This document shows, in pieces, positions 48,013 to 57,467 of a DNA stretch of 64,000 bases (position 1 is the stretch's first letter; every line of letters starts with the position of its first letter). The position numbers were made by a program, and so were the translations under genes. Location of the stretch: the NCBI GenBank assembly GCA_963797095.1, contig CAWCNY010000004.1, forward strand, positions 96,001-160,000, in the 5' to 3' direction. This DNA is from an uncultured Chloroflexia bacterium. GTDB taxonomy: Bacteria > Chloroflexota > Chloroflexia > QHBQ01 > JADMIH01. A model generated the notes under the pieces. The model saw only the letters and a program-made list of their open reading frames with translations. It did not search any database and was not told the origin of the DNA.

Positions 48013-48093
48013 TGCCGGAGGAGGGATTCGAACCCTCACGGATTTCTCCACTCGATTTTAAGTCGAGCGCGGCTGCCGTTACGCCACTCCGGC
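48013..48093 (-). tRNA. tRNA-Leu(TAA)
   Basis: GCCGGAG/CTCCGGC acceptor, ctcga-cttaaaa-tcgag, variable arm, GTTCGAATC; CCA not encoded. Confidence 0.95.
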
Positions 48094-48097
48094 GATC

Positions 48098-48123
48098 AAA
48101 AAAGGGAAGCCATCGAGCTTCCC
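48098..48123 (-). terminator. Terminator-like hairpin between tRNA-Gly and tRNA-Leu
   Basis: Minus strand gggaagc-tcgatg-gcttccc-tttttt. Confidence 0.75.
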
Positions 48124-48128
48124 CAGGG

Positions 48129-48200
48129 AGCGGAAGACGAGATTCGAACTCGCGACCTTCTCCTTGGCAAGGAGACGCGCTACCGCTGCGCCACTTCCGC
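48129..48200 (-). tRNA. tRNA-Gly(GCC)
   Basis: GCGGAAG/CTTCCGC acceptor, tctcc-ttgccaa-ggaga, GTTCGAATC. Confidence 0.97.
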
Positions 48201-48212
48201 AATTACAGGCTG

Positions 48213-48241
48213 ATTATAGCAAATCACCCCAGCAGTGTCAA
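48213..48241 (-). promoter_or_regulatory. Consensus sigma70 promoter for tRNA-Gly/Leu
   Basis: TTGACA-17-TATAAT. Confidence 0.9.
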
Positions 48242-48433
48242 GCCGATTTCAACTCTCCTCCGCTTCACCTGTGCTCAGAATATGTACCCGAAAGTACGCC
48301 CCAAAAGTTGTCCAGTTTTGTCCTACTAATGTCATTAAGTAGTTAGAGGGGGATGTAGCTAGCTCTCAAACGAAGCGCGCGACGGGACCACATGACATAC
48401 CCAATGGTCCATATCGGTCAATCCGGTTGCCGT

Positions 48434-49195
48434 TCACTCCTCGCGAGGCTTCACCGCCACTACGGCCACAGACGACCCGAAGGGCAAATTGACCACCCGC
48501 AGAAGGAGGTGCTCCAACCCAACACAGGCGCTCAGTAAAAGGTTGACGGGCGCAGGAGGCAAAACGATATCGGAGCGGGCAGGCGAGCTAAGGTCCTCTT
48601 CCTTCTCACGACGGAGCAGCCGCACCAACACCACCACCGGGAAAAGGAACATGTTCCAATAGGTAGTGCGTTTCACGCGAAATCCCGCTTGCCGCAACTT
48701 TTCCTCTATCTCATACCCGGTAACGCGACGCGCCACCGCTGTAGCGCGGTCGTGCTCGCTTCGGAGGAAACCATATGCAGGCAAGTTCAGGAAAAGACGA
48801 CCCCCCGGCCTGAGTACCCGGTGCATCTCGCGCAGAGCCTGCATCTCGTTATCGGTGCCCGCATCGGTAACAACATCGCAGGAGATCACGAGGTCGAATG
48901 TATCACTCTCATAAGGAATGTCGGTGATAGATCCAAGCCGCACGTTGGACAGCCCGCGCCTCCGGCAAAACTCGACGGCGACAGGGCTGAGGTCGAATCC
49001 CCCAAGATTTGCGAAGCCTCTCTCGGCCAGGGCATGCAAGGTACCACCGGTACCGCACCCGGCATCGAGAATGCGCGCCGTTTTGCGCCGCGCCTTCCCC
49101 AGCCCCAGGAGGGTCGAGATCACTCCGCGCAGTCCGCGATACCACCAGTGGGTGTCCTCGGCCTCGTACATGATCTTGTACTCTTCGTACTCCAC
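48434..49195 (-). CDS. Class I SAM-dependent methyltransferase
   Basis: EDTHWWY, ILDAGCGTG, RVLRPGG, PFGSS. Confidence 0.9.
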   Translation of the reverse strand: MEYEEYKIMYEAEDTHWWYRGLRGVISTLLGLGKARRKTARILDAGCGTGGTLHALAERGFANLGGFDLSPVAVEFCRRRGLSNVRLGSITDIPYESDTFDLVISCDVVTDAGTDNEMQALREMHRVLRPGGRLFLNLPAYGFLRSEHDRATAVARRVTGYEIEEKLRQAGFRVKRTTYWNMFLFPVVVLVRLLRREKEEDLSSPARSDIVLPPAPVNLLLSACVGLEHLLLRVVNLPFGSSVAVVAVKPREE

Positions 49196-49202
49196 CTGGC
49201 CG

Positions 49203-50144
49203 TCAGGTCTCCGGATGCGCACGCATGTAGCTGATAGTGAGGTCAAGCCCTTCGGCGAAGTCCACTTCCGGGTGATACCCCAACAATCGCTCGGCCTTGC
49301 TTATGTCCGCCAGCGAGTGCTTTACGTCCCCAGCCCGCTCAGCTTCGAAGATAGGTTCGATGTTCGTGCCCAGCAGCCGGTTGATCTCTCGCACAAGATC
49401 GAGCAGCGAAATGCGCTCTCCGCATGCAACATTGACCGCTTCGCCGTCTGCGGCATCTGTCTCGCACGCCAGCAGATTGGCAAGCACGACATTCTTGACA
49501 TACGTGAAGTCGCGGGTTTGCAGACCATCGCCGTAGATAGTTGGTCGCCTACCGGCAAGGGTGGCCGCGATAAAGGCCGGGATCACCGCTGCGTACTGTG
49601 ACCTGGGGTCTTGCCTGGGTCCAAACACGTTGAAATACCGGATCGAGACGGTTGGAAGTCCGAATACTCTGGTGAAAACCTTGCAGTATTCCTCAGCAGC
49701 CAGCTTGTTCACGGCATAGGGCGAAAGTGGCTGCGTAGGCATATCTTCACGCTTTGGCAGGGTAGGGCTGTCGCCGTACACCGACGAGGAGGAGGCATAC
49801 ACTACTTTCTTGACACCGGCGTCGCGTGCCGCGAGGAGCAGCTTCAGCGTACCCGTAGCGTTCGATTCATGTGAGAGCAACGGATCTGACACCGAGCGTG
49901 GCACTGATGGCAGTGCGGCCTGGTGCAAAATAAAGTCAACGTCATTGATCGCATGGTTCAAGGCATTCGAGTCGTTCAGGTCGCCCTCGACAAACTCAAC
50001 CTTGTCAAGGAACCGCGACATGTTCGCCATCTTGCCGGTTGATAAGTTGTCCAGGGCGCGTACATTCAGGTCACGCGATACAAGTTCTTCGACTATGTTG
50101 GAGCCAATGAAACCCGCCGCGCCTGTCACAAGATAGAGAGTCAC
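49203..50144 (-). CDS. NAD-dependent nucleotide-sugar epimerase (WbpP/GalE-like)
   Basis: TGAAGFIGS, SVPRS, SSSSVYG, YAVNK, RYFNVFGPRQ. Confidence 0.93.
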   Translation of the reverse strand: MTLYLVTGAAGFIGSNIVEELVSRDLNVRALDNLSTGKMANMSRFLDKVEFVEGDLNDSNALNHAINDVDFILHQAALPSVPRSVSDPLLSHESNATGTLKLLLAARDAGVKKVVYASSSSVYGDSPTLPKREDMPTQPLSPYAVNKLAAEEYCKVFTRVFGLPTVSIRYFNVFGPRQDPRSQYAAVIPAFIAATLAGRRPTIYGDGLQTRDFTYVKNVVLANLLACETDAADGEAVNVACGERISLLDLVREINRLLGTNIEPIFEAERAGDVKHSLADISKAERLLGYHPEVDFAEGLDLTISYMRAHPET

Positions 50145-50335
50145 GTCACCCCCAACGATCTTATTCGTTACAGTTAAAGAGACATCAGCGACCCAAGAAA
50201 TGAGCCGCAACCACCGCCGATGGACACTATACGTGATTGCCCGCCAGTATGCAATGGGCGGCCCGACCCCTCGAGGATGTGTATAATGAGCCTGAGAGGA
50301 CCGATTACAGGCACAAGGCCAGCACGGAGGACGCC

Positions 50336-51709
50336 ATGAACTTGCCGTACCCAACGACTCACAAGCGAATTAAAGGTACCGTAGCCTTTGCTTTTCTATT
50401 GCTGGCTGCGCTGGTCCCCCTTGCCAATTACTGGAGCTCCGCGCGGGCGGACACCCTCTTTCCCCAGACCGGCTACAATATCTGGGGGCCATTCGAGGAG
50501 TATTGGAACGCCAACGGAGGCATGGAGCAGTTCGGCCTGCCCCGCACGTCAGTGTATCCTGCTGGGCCAGACTATGATGCACAGTGGTTTGAGCGCGCCC
50601 TTTTCACATACAACCCGTCCAACCCAGAACCGTACAAAGTAGAGCTCGGTCTCCTAGGCAACTTAATTACCGAGGATAGGCGCACGGAGCCGCCGTTCCT
50701 TCCTGCAAAGCAAGCAATCGATGGTGAATACTTCGATGCAACACAACACAACCTCTCCGGTAAGTTTCTGAAGTACTGGCAGGATACGGGAGGTCTGGCG
50801 ATTTACGGCTATCCTATCTCGGAGGCTTTCATAGAGCAAAGTAAGTCGGATGGCAAGACTTACCTCGTCCAGTACTTCGAGCGCAACCGCCTTGAGTTGC
50901 ACCCCGAGGCTGCGGGCACAAAATGGGAGGTGGAACTGGGCTTGCTAGGCTCCGAGCTACTAGACGCGCAGGGTGGCCCGCAGGCAATTGCTAAGCTTGG
51001 CTCCGGGAAATTCTACCCACACCCTGAGGCCGGGATACATGTACCCCCGGGCGGCATCGTGGATTCCCCCAATGCAGGCACGCCTGGACCCGTCGATAAG
51101 AGCATACCACCGGCCCCGGCCCTACCTTCCACCACTCGGAAAGTGCTTTTCGAAACGGAGTTCTCGTCGCCTGACCTGAGCGCCTGGCTGCCCGAATCGG
51201 CGTACAATCCCCCCGACGCAACCCCGGCATCCTGGCAGGTTGAGGGAGGGTTGTTGCACCAGAGTGGCGTGGCAGGAGAAGATGAGGACGCCTCGCTGGA
51301 CGCATTGCTCGTGACCAAAGACAAGAGCGCGAGCGACATTGTGCTTGATTCTCTCGTGTTTCCGGGCGGTGGCGAGTCTCTCGGGCTGGTGCTACGTTGG
51401 AGTCCCGATGGCTATTATTTGGCAAGGCTTTATGCTAATGCCCCCAACGACCAACCGAAGGCCCAGATTGTCCGAGTTACGCTCCTCAGTCAAACTGTGC
51501 TCGCAGAGTCGAAGGACTGGCCCGGATACACGGCGAGACAATGGCTCCATGCGAGTTTGTCGGCACAGGGTAGCCACCTTTGGCTGGAGGTCAATGGTGA
51601 GAAGATAGCCGAGGCTAACGACTCTGAGTTAGCAGAAGGAAGTTTCGGCTTTTATGCGTACGCAGACGGCACAGCATACTTCGATAATGTTAGGGCCACA
51701 CTACCCTGA
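50336..51709 (+). CDS. Secreted protein with two surface repeats and a C-terminal beta-jelly-roll (DUF1080-like) domain
   Basis: Signal peptide ending ARA; FPQTG...QWFERA and GYPISE...VQYFER; GSFGFY...YFDNV. Confidence 0.8.
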   Translation: MNLPYPTTHKRIKGTVAFAFLLLAALVPLANYWSSARADTLFPQTGYNIWGPFEEYWNANGGMEQFGLPRTSVYPAGPDYDAQWFERALFTYNPSNPEPYKVELGLLGNLITEDRRTEPPFLPAKQAIDGEYFDATQHNLSGKFLKYWQDTGGLAIYGYPISEAFIEQSKSDGKTYLVQYFERNRLELHPEAAGTKWEVELGLLGSELLDAQGGPQAIAKLGSGKFYPHPEAGIHVPPGGIVDSPNAGTPGPVDKSIPPAPALPSTTRKVLFETEFSSPDLSAWLPESAYNPPDATPASWQVEGGLLHQSGVAGEDEDASLDALLVTKDKSASDIVLDSLVFPGGGESLGLVLRWSPDGYYLARLYANAPNDQPKAQIVRVTLLSQTVLAESKDWPGYTARQWLHASLSAQGSHLWLEVNGEKIAEANDSELAEGSFGFYAYADGTAYFDNVRATLP

Positions 51710-51795
51710 TAGTCGGCAGCTCAAGAGAGCGCTGACAGTGCGGAGTCATGTCCTAGAGGCGAGATGTGTTGGGCGGATCTTGCGGTGCAACTAGC

Positions 51796-51824
51796 TTGAC
51801 AGCGTGGCGCGCTGACCGTATAAT
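51796..51824 (+). promoter_or_regulatory. Consensus sigma70 promoter for tRNA-Leu/Val
   Basis: TTGACA-17-TATAAT. Confidence 0.9.
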
Positions 51825-51851
51825 TTATGTGCACGTCCTTAAGGACGGCGC

Positions 51852-51937
51852 GCCGAGGTGGCGGAATCGGCAGACGCGCTAGGTTGAGGGCCTAGTCCCC
51901 GATTGAGGGGGTAAGGGTTCAAATCCCTTCCTCGGCA
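51852..51937 (+). tRNA. tRNA-Leu(GAG)
   Basis: GCCGAGG/CCTCGGC, ctagg-ttgaggg-cctag, long variable arm, GTTCAAATC. Confidence 0.96.
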
Positions 51938-51949
51938 CAACAGCACAGC

Positions 51950-52023
51950 GGGCGATTAGCTCAGTTGGTCAGAGCGCTTCGTTTACACCGAAGAAGTCGG
52001 GGGTTCGAGCCCCTCATCGCCCA
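51950..52023 (+). tRNA. tRNA-Val(TAC)
   Basis: GGGCGAT/ATCGCCC, cttcg-tttacac-cgaag, GTTCGAGC. Confidence 0.97.
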
Positions 52024-52053
52024 CAACTCCGTTCGCCCGCATTCATTGAGATA

Positions 52054-52082
52054 GGCCCGTTCGCACTGCGAACGGGTTTCTT
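52054..52082 (+). terminator. Terminator after the tRNA pair
   Basis: cccgttcgc-act-gcgaacggg-tttctt. Confidence 0.8.
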
Positions 52083-52173
52083 GGTTCTGCGCTGACCTCT
52101 TGCAAAATTTGCGATCCCCTCTTAGAATGGAAATGTCGTTATTTCTGACTGCCATAGCATTTGACCAACTAAA

Positions 52174-54147
52174 TTGACAGCATACGAACTGATTAACTAC
52201 GCAACATGGGCTGTGTATCTGGTTATTTTCGTGAGCACGGCAATAAAAGCTGTGCGCCGCCCCTTGCGCGCTAATATTGATATTGCCCTCTTCTTTCTTG
52301 TCCCAACGCTGATTGTACTTCAATCAACGCTCCGGCTAATTGGCGTAGAACCAAGTTCGTCGCTGATTACCAGCGTCGCAATTTCATTGTATCCACTGAT
52401 GGTTTACATGCTTTTCAGGTTAGTTGACGACTTTTCTGATGTGCCTCCCTGGTTACTGCGCGCCGCCGAGGCAGCGCTCACACTTCTGATAGTGGGGGCT
52501 TTCACACTGTCGCCTGTGCCCGGGTGGTATATCTTTGGACTGCTTGCATATCTCATGATCCTGGTGGTTTATTCTGCCGCAGCATTCATCAAAGAAGCGC
52601 GCCGCACCAGAGGTGTAACCAGTCGCAGAATGAGCGCAGCAGCGGCAGGTACGCTTTTCTTATGTTTGTTCTTTGGAATAGCCGCCCTCGGCATACCATT
52701 CCCTGGGCTGCGGGAAATATGGCAACCGCTAATCTCGCTCGCTGCCCTCGCATCTGGTATTTGCTATTTCATTGGATTTAGGCCGCCTGCAATTCTGCGG
52801 AGCGCCTGGCAAGAGCCCGAACTGCGCTCATTTCTCAGCCGGACCGCCAGCCTGCCCCGCCTGCCGTCTACTGAAGCGATTATCGAAGAATTGGAACGGG
52901 GCGCGGCCGACTCGATTGGCACACAAGAGGCAGATATCGGAATTTGGGATGAGTCGGAGAAAGCGCTTCGGTTCTTAAGGGCGGGAGGCGAAGCACTGGT
53001 TCCAGCCAATTACGAAAGTCTCTCCGGCAAAGCATTTCTCCAGCAGAAAGTGATGTTCACTAACAACGTGCTCAGAGATAGTCCCCTGACGTCGCGGCTA
53101 GGCAATCCGAAACAAGTCAAAGTGTTAATTGCCGCACCAATATCAACTGAAGCACGGCGGGTTGGTGTGCTAGTGACCTATGCCAGTCACGTGCCGATAT
53201 TCGCGGACGAAGATATGAGGCTTATCAAGTTGCTGGCCGATCAGGCCGCGGCTATCCTTGAGAGTCGTGCGCTCATTGATGAAGCAACTCATGTAAGGAC
53301 CAGGGAAGAGGTAACACGGCTTAAAGAAGACTTCCTCTCTGCAGCGGCGCACGACCTGAAGACTCCTCTTACCACACTGGTTGCTCAGGCACAATTGATG
53401 CTACGGCGTGCGGAGCGCAATCCCAATGCCCAGGTAGATCGCGAAGGAATAAGCACTATTGAGCGTGAAGCAACCAGACTTAAGGGCCTGGTCCTTGAAC
53501 TACTTGATGCGGCACGCGCCGAGGAAGGCAAGTTACTGAGCGACTCGGAGGAAACGGACCTTGTGGCGTTGGCCCGTGAGGTTGGCGCTCGGTACAATTC
53601 CGAGCGGCACCCATTCCGTATTGAATCGGGAGAACTACTCCTAGGACGCTTCGACGCGAACCGAATACGCCAGATGCTGACCAACCTGGCCGAGAATGCG
53701 GTTAAGTACAGTCCAGAAGGCGGAGAGGTAGTAATGAAGGCGTGGGCGGACGGGCAGAAAGCCTTCATTTCGGTTCAAGACAACGGTATTGGCATTCCCC
53801 ATGAGGACTTGCCTCATATTTTTGAGAGGTTTCACAGGGGGAGGAATGTGAACGACCGCCGGTTTGCGGGCATGGGTCTAGGCCTGTACATATGTTATGA
53901 GATTGCCAAGCAGCACGGTGGCAACATCACGGTAACAAGTCGACCTCGTCAAGGCACCACTTTTACGGTTGAGCTTCCCATTTATGGTGCAAAGTCCAGT
54001 GAGGACATGACTGCACCGATTCTACCGACGAACGAACAGATCGAGTCGAGGCACGAGCGCACGCTTGCATCTTTCGACAACGCATTAGTACGTGATTCAC
54101 CGACCAGACAGGTACCGGTCACATCGCAGGAAGAGAGTCAAGCATAG
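52174..54147 (+). CDS. Multi-TM sensor histidine kinase with GAF domain
   Basis: About seven TM helices; AHDLKTPLT, NLAENAVKYS, DNGIGI, IFERF, GMGLGL; TTG start. Confidence 0.92.
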   Translation: MTAYELINYATWAVYLVIFVSTAIKAVRRPLRANIDIALFFLVPTLIVLQSTLRLIGVEPSSSLITSVAISLYPLMVYMLFRLVDDFSDVPPWLLRAAEAALTLLIVGAFTLSPVPGWYIFGLLAYLMILVVYSAAAFIKEARRTRGVTSRRMSAAAAGTLFLCLFFGIAALGIPFPGLREIWQPLISLAALASGICYFIGFRPPAILRSAWQEPELRSFLSRTASLPRLPSTEAIIEELERGAADSIGTQEADIGIWDESEKALRFLRAGGEALVPANYESLSGKAFLQQKVMFTNNVLRDSPLTSRLGNPKQVKVLIAAPISTEARRVGVLVTYASHVPIFADEDMRLIKLLADQAAAILESRALIDEATHVRTREEVTRLKEDFLSAAAHDLKTPLTTLVAQAQLMLRRAERNPNAQVDREGISTIEREATRLKGLVLELLDAARAEEGKLLSDSEETDLVALAREVGARYNSERHPFRIESGELLLGRFDANRIRQMLTNLAENAVKYSPEGGEVVMKAWADGQKAFISVQDNGIGIPHEDLPHIFERFHRGRNVNDRRFAGMGLGLYICYEIAKQHGGNITVTSRPRQGTTFTVELPIYGAKSSEDMTAPILPTNEQIESRHERTLASFDNALVRDSPTRQVPVTSQEESQA

Positions 54148-54521
54148 TGGCTGCCCTGGACCCGCTCAAACCGATCCTGGTCGTCGAGGACGATCCTCAA
54201 ATTCTGAATACTGTGGCAGCGATTCTGGAGCTGGAAGGGTATTCGGTCGAGCGTGCCAGCAACGGTGAAGAAGGGCTTGGAATAATCGAACGTGTACTGC
54301 CGCGCCTGGTTCTCCTTGATATGAGGATGCCGGTCCTGGACGGTTGGGGATTTGTGCACGCGCTCAAAGAGCGTGGGATAAAGCTGCCGATTCTTGTAAT
54401 GACAGCTGCGCATGATGCGCGACGGTGGGCGAACGAAGTCGAGGCAGAAGGTTACCTCGCGAAACCTTTCGATTTGACGGACCTGCTGGAGGCTGTAGAG
54501 AAGTTCCAGGCATCAGCTTGA
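54147..54521 (+). CDS. Single-domain response regulator
   Basis: LVVEDD, LLDMRMP, MTA, KPF. Confidence 0.93.
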   Translation: MAALDPLKPILVVEDDPQILNTVAAILELEGYSVERASNGEEGLGIIERVLPRLVLLDMRMPVLDGWGFVHALKERGIKLPILVMTAAHDARRWANEVEAEGYLAKPFDLTDLLEAVEKFQASA

Positions 54522-54546
54522 CACTCGTGAACTGAGCGAGTAAAAT
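54518..54546 (+). promoter_or_regulatory. Sigma70 promoter for tRNA-Phe
   Basis: TTGACA-17-TAAAAT; the -35 overlaps the regulator stop codon. Confidence 0.85.
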
Positions 54547-54586
54547 TGTTCCTTAGACGGTGCAGCATGCCGTCTTTCTTTAACCC

Positions 54587-54659
54587 GCCGAGGTAGCTCA
54601 GTTGGTAGAGCATGCGACTGAAAATCGTAGGGTCGCCAGTTCGAGTCTGGCCCTCGGCA
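54587..54659 (+). tRNA. tRNA-Phe(GAA)
   Basis: GCCGAGG/CCTCGGC, tgcga-ctgaaaa-tcgta, GTTCGAGTC. Confidence 0.96.
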
Positions 54660-54890
54660 CAATTGGTGGAAATGATTTATATTCTGCTCACTGCCTCCTA
54701 TTTAGACAATCCGGCCAGTCGCCACGCTGCCTCCACAGGTTACTCGACCAATGGATTTGTACTCATATCCTAGCTTCTAGCTGCATAGACTGCATGGGTT
54801 CGCAGGCCTGCTTTCCATCATCACCAGCAAGTCGGATCGGTCACTTGCACAGGGGTATGGGGGTACTTTGTCCTGCTGTATTGTCGCACT

Positions 54891-55923
54891 CCGGTATGCC
54901 GACATGCTAGATAGGGAAGGCAAGCTGCTTGAGGTGCAAGAAGCCTGCCTTACCAGTGAGACGGTTTATACAGATAGATAGGGTGTGCGCAGCCAACTTG
55001 CTGTGCAGGCGAGTACACAGCCCTGAGAAGGTGTAAGCGTGCGTGACCTCGATGTTGAACTGGTCGGTGAGTTGACCATTCACCGTCTCAACACTCTGCC
55101 GAACACTCGAACACTGTTGATCTGCTACGACACCAGTTGCTGCACGAACACCGGCATTCGGCTGATGGGGTGGCCCTTGTGGCAGCACAACTGCTCAGTC
55201 AGATACTCATCGATGAAGCCTTTGTCAGCCACAACGTCCAAGTGGAAGTGCCCCCCAACAACGAGGCACCTGCTTCATGCTCGGCCACGTTCTCGGCCAC
55301 CAGTTCGAAGTTGAGAATTGCCCCTCCCAATGTAGCGAGCAAATGTGTAGTGAGCAAATGCAGTTTGTAGCGGAAGATAGTCTTCTTCTTGGTGCACACA
55401 CGCCCAAAGGCAGCGCCACTTCCGAGCCATTCCCCACGTCGGTGGGAGCCTGGTACCAGATGGAAGCCGATTACTTCCACAGGCAAGCTGTCAAGCACAC
55501 ACTGACGGTCATGAGCCAGATCCAAGTTGGCCAAAGCTATGCGCCTGACCAGATTGAAAGCCTCAGAGAGATTGCGCCGCCTCCTGTTGAAGCGGCTCTG
55601 AGACGGTATACGAGGGAAGAGGTTGAGGTGGCGATAGGAGGCCCAGTTGCTGAGTAGTTCCGTTTCCACATCCCACCCCTTGCACTCGCCAACCAGAGCC
55701 ATGGTCATCAACTCTTGGTCCGAGCAATCGGGTTGGGAGCTGGGCGGCTGAAGCGGTGGGATACTCCCTTCCAGATGTCATCAACCATGCAGTACATGTG
55801 TAAGCACAAATCCTCAAAATCGTCTATCATTGAGCTACCCTCCAGTGTTGGTATGTGTGTGAATACCCGCTTACCTATCACATCGAAGATTTGCGTGTCA
55901 AAGCTACTTATCTAGCATACCGG
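54891..55923 (-). mobile_element. Degenerate IS982-family element (~1.03 kb)
   Basis: Ends ccggtatgc[cgacatgc]tagata and tatctagcataccgg are inverted repeats; size fits the family. Confidence 0.75.
54907..55830 (-). pseudogene. Frameshifted IS982-family transposase
   Basis: Fragments in several frames: MIDDFEDLC..YCMVDD, FPRIPSQSRFNRRRRNL, VLDSLP, YKLHL, RQSVETVNGQL. Confidence 0.85.
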
Positions 55924-56000
55924 CCTATTAGTATTCGAAGCAGGATAAGATAAGGCACTGGGTTTGCTTTCTTGCCGTTGGTATTAATGAATAGGCATTA

Positions 56001-56034
56001 GAATAGCTCGGGCAAGAAGATGCCTGAGCTATTC
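56001..56034. terminator. Hairpin downstream of tetR
   Basis: gaatagctcgggca-agaaga-tgcctgagctattc. Confidence 0.55.
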
Positions 56035-56154
56035 CTTAGAGGGCTGTTACGGGCATACTTCAAAGTGCGTACCAGCGATTCGCCAGGCGATCCATCTTAT
56101 GTAGAAGTCCAGCCGGCTCCGTGCACTACTGCCGAATTGCTGGTATTGTGTGTA

Positions 56155-56754
56155 TTAACTACGAGGCCAATTTTTCAGGAGAATAGCACCGGCCTCTTTT
56201 GCTTCGCGGGCCGCCTTGCGATTCCCCTCATTGGCAGAAACAATGCAGCCTTTCATCAGAAAATGCCATGTTTGGGCGAACCGCTCAGTCTCGCATAGCC
56301 CCGCTTGAGTTGCCTGGTTCGCGATTATCTTGCGAATCTCGGCCAATTGGAATGCGGCAGCCTGGTGAGCAAGGCTGTTGGGCGGTGACTCCAGCAGTAC
56401 ATTAATAAACGAGCAACCCTCAAAATCCGTCTTCTGGAACCATTCATCAAAAATGTCGAATATTGCCAACAGGCGCTCTACCGGTGCCTCACTTGCTGCC
56501 AATAGCTGGGCTTCGAGCCATCGGCGTGTCCAAATGGATGCCCGCATTTCGAGGAAAGCCAGGATCAGGTCTTCCTTCGACTTAAAATGCCTATAAAGGC
56601 TCATTTTCGCCACGCCGGACCTGGCGATAATAGCGTCGATGCCTACAGATTGTGTACCGAATTGAGAGAATAGATAGTAAGCCGCATTCAAAATGCGTTC
56701 TCTAGCTCCAATGGCCAATCTGCCCTTATTTGAGGTGGGTTCCTTTAACACCAT
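56155..56754 (-). CDS. TetR/AcrR-family regulator
   Basis: RERILNAA..LF...G...I..RSGVAKMSLYRHFKSKEDL; FEGCSFIN. Confidence 0.93.
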   Translation of the reverse strand: MVLKEPTSNKGRLAIGARERILNAAYYLFSQFGTQSVGIDAIIARSGVAKMSLYRHFKSKEDLILAFLEMRASIWTRRWLEAQLLAASEAPVERLLAIFDIFDEWFQKTDFEGCSFINVLLESPPNSLAHQAAAFQLAEIRKIIANQATQAGLCETERFAQTWHFLMKGCIVSANEGNRKAAREAKEAGAILLKNWPRS

Positions 56755-56948
56755 GTCGCTACGCAGCACGCACCGGATTGGAGATCTGACCTCCGGTTAG
56801 GTGGTCTGCTATTCACAAGATGAATTGCACAGCAAGACGCAGACGCATTACAATCAGAGCTATTATACCACAGAAACTGGTTCGCATTGTCCATGTATTG
56901 ACCGACAGGGGCGACATCCTGATTAAACTCCTCCATGCATTTTGCCTA

Positions 56949-56977
56949 TTGACACGACACTGCCTCTATGATAAACT
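56949..56977 (+). promoter_or_regulatory. Sigma70-type promoter about 490 nt upstream of hhyS
   Basis: TTGACA-17-TAAACT with TGn. Confidence 0.6.
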
Positions 56978-57298
56978 TGCCCCACCGAGTTGGTCCCTTC
57001 CCCTTCGCCGCGCATCGACAGCGCGCTTTTTAGTCTCAGGCTAGCAGCGAGGATCAGCTCAAGTTTCAGGAGTATGGGTCTTTAAGCGCGGATTTAGGCA
57101 ATGATGCAGCGCTCCCGACTTACAAGTAGTGCCTGGGTCAAGATGATTTCATCTCCAATCCAGGCCGTCCACTACAACTTCACTTTCTTCTTCTGTCTCA
57201 CCTGCCTATCCCTTATTATCTCGCTTGGATCCGACCCCTGAGGTCGCGGCTTCGCCGTTTCCGAACTGGCCCTTTTAGAGACTGATCGAAGCGCCCTT

Positions 57299-57358
57299 CT
57301 GGCATATTTCTTGCTCTAGTTTCGGAAACCTGATCTTCCTCATGGCATCTTTCTCGCT
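57299..57358 (+). promoter_or_regulatory. Two sigma54-like -24/-12 motifs
   Basis: CTGGCATATTTCTTGCT (57299) and TGGCATCTTTCTCGCT (57343), both GG-N10-GC. Confidence 0.5.
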
Positions 57359-57381
57359 AGTGGTACCAGCGCCAAGTTTGA

Positions 57382-57401
57382 TAGAAAGACCTGTCTTTCT
57401 A
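57382..57401. promoter_or_regulatory. Perfect palindrome, candidate TetR operator
   Basis: TAGAAAGAC-ct-GTCTTTCTA. Confidence 0.65.
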
Positions 57402-57467
57402 CGTATTTGATCGGCGAAGCGACAGTTTGACTCAATGTTGAGACAGATTTAGAAAGGAGGTTTGACG

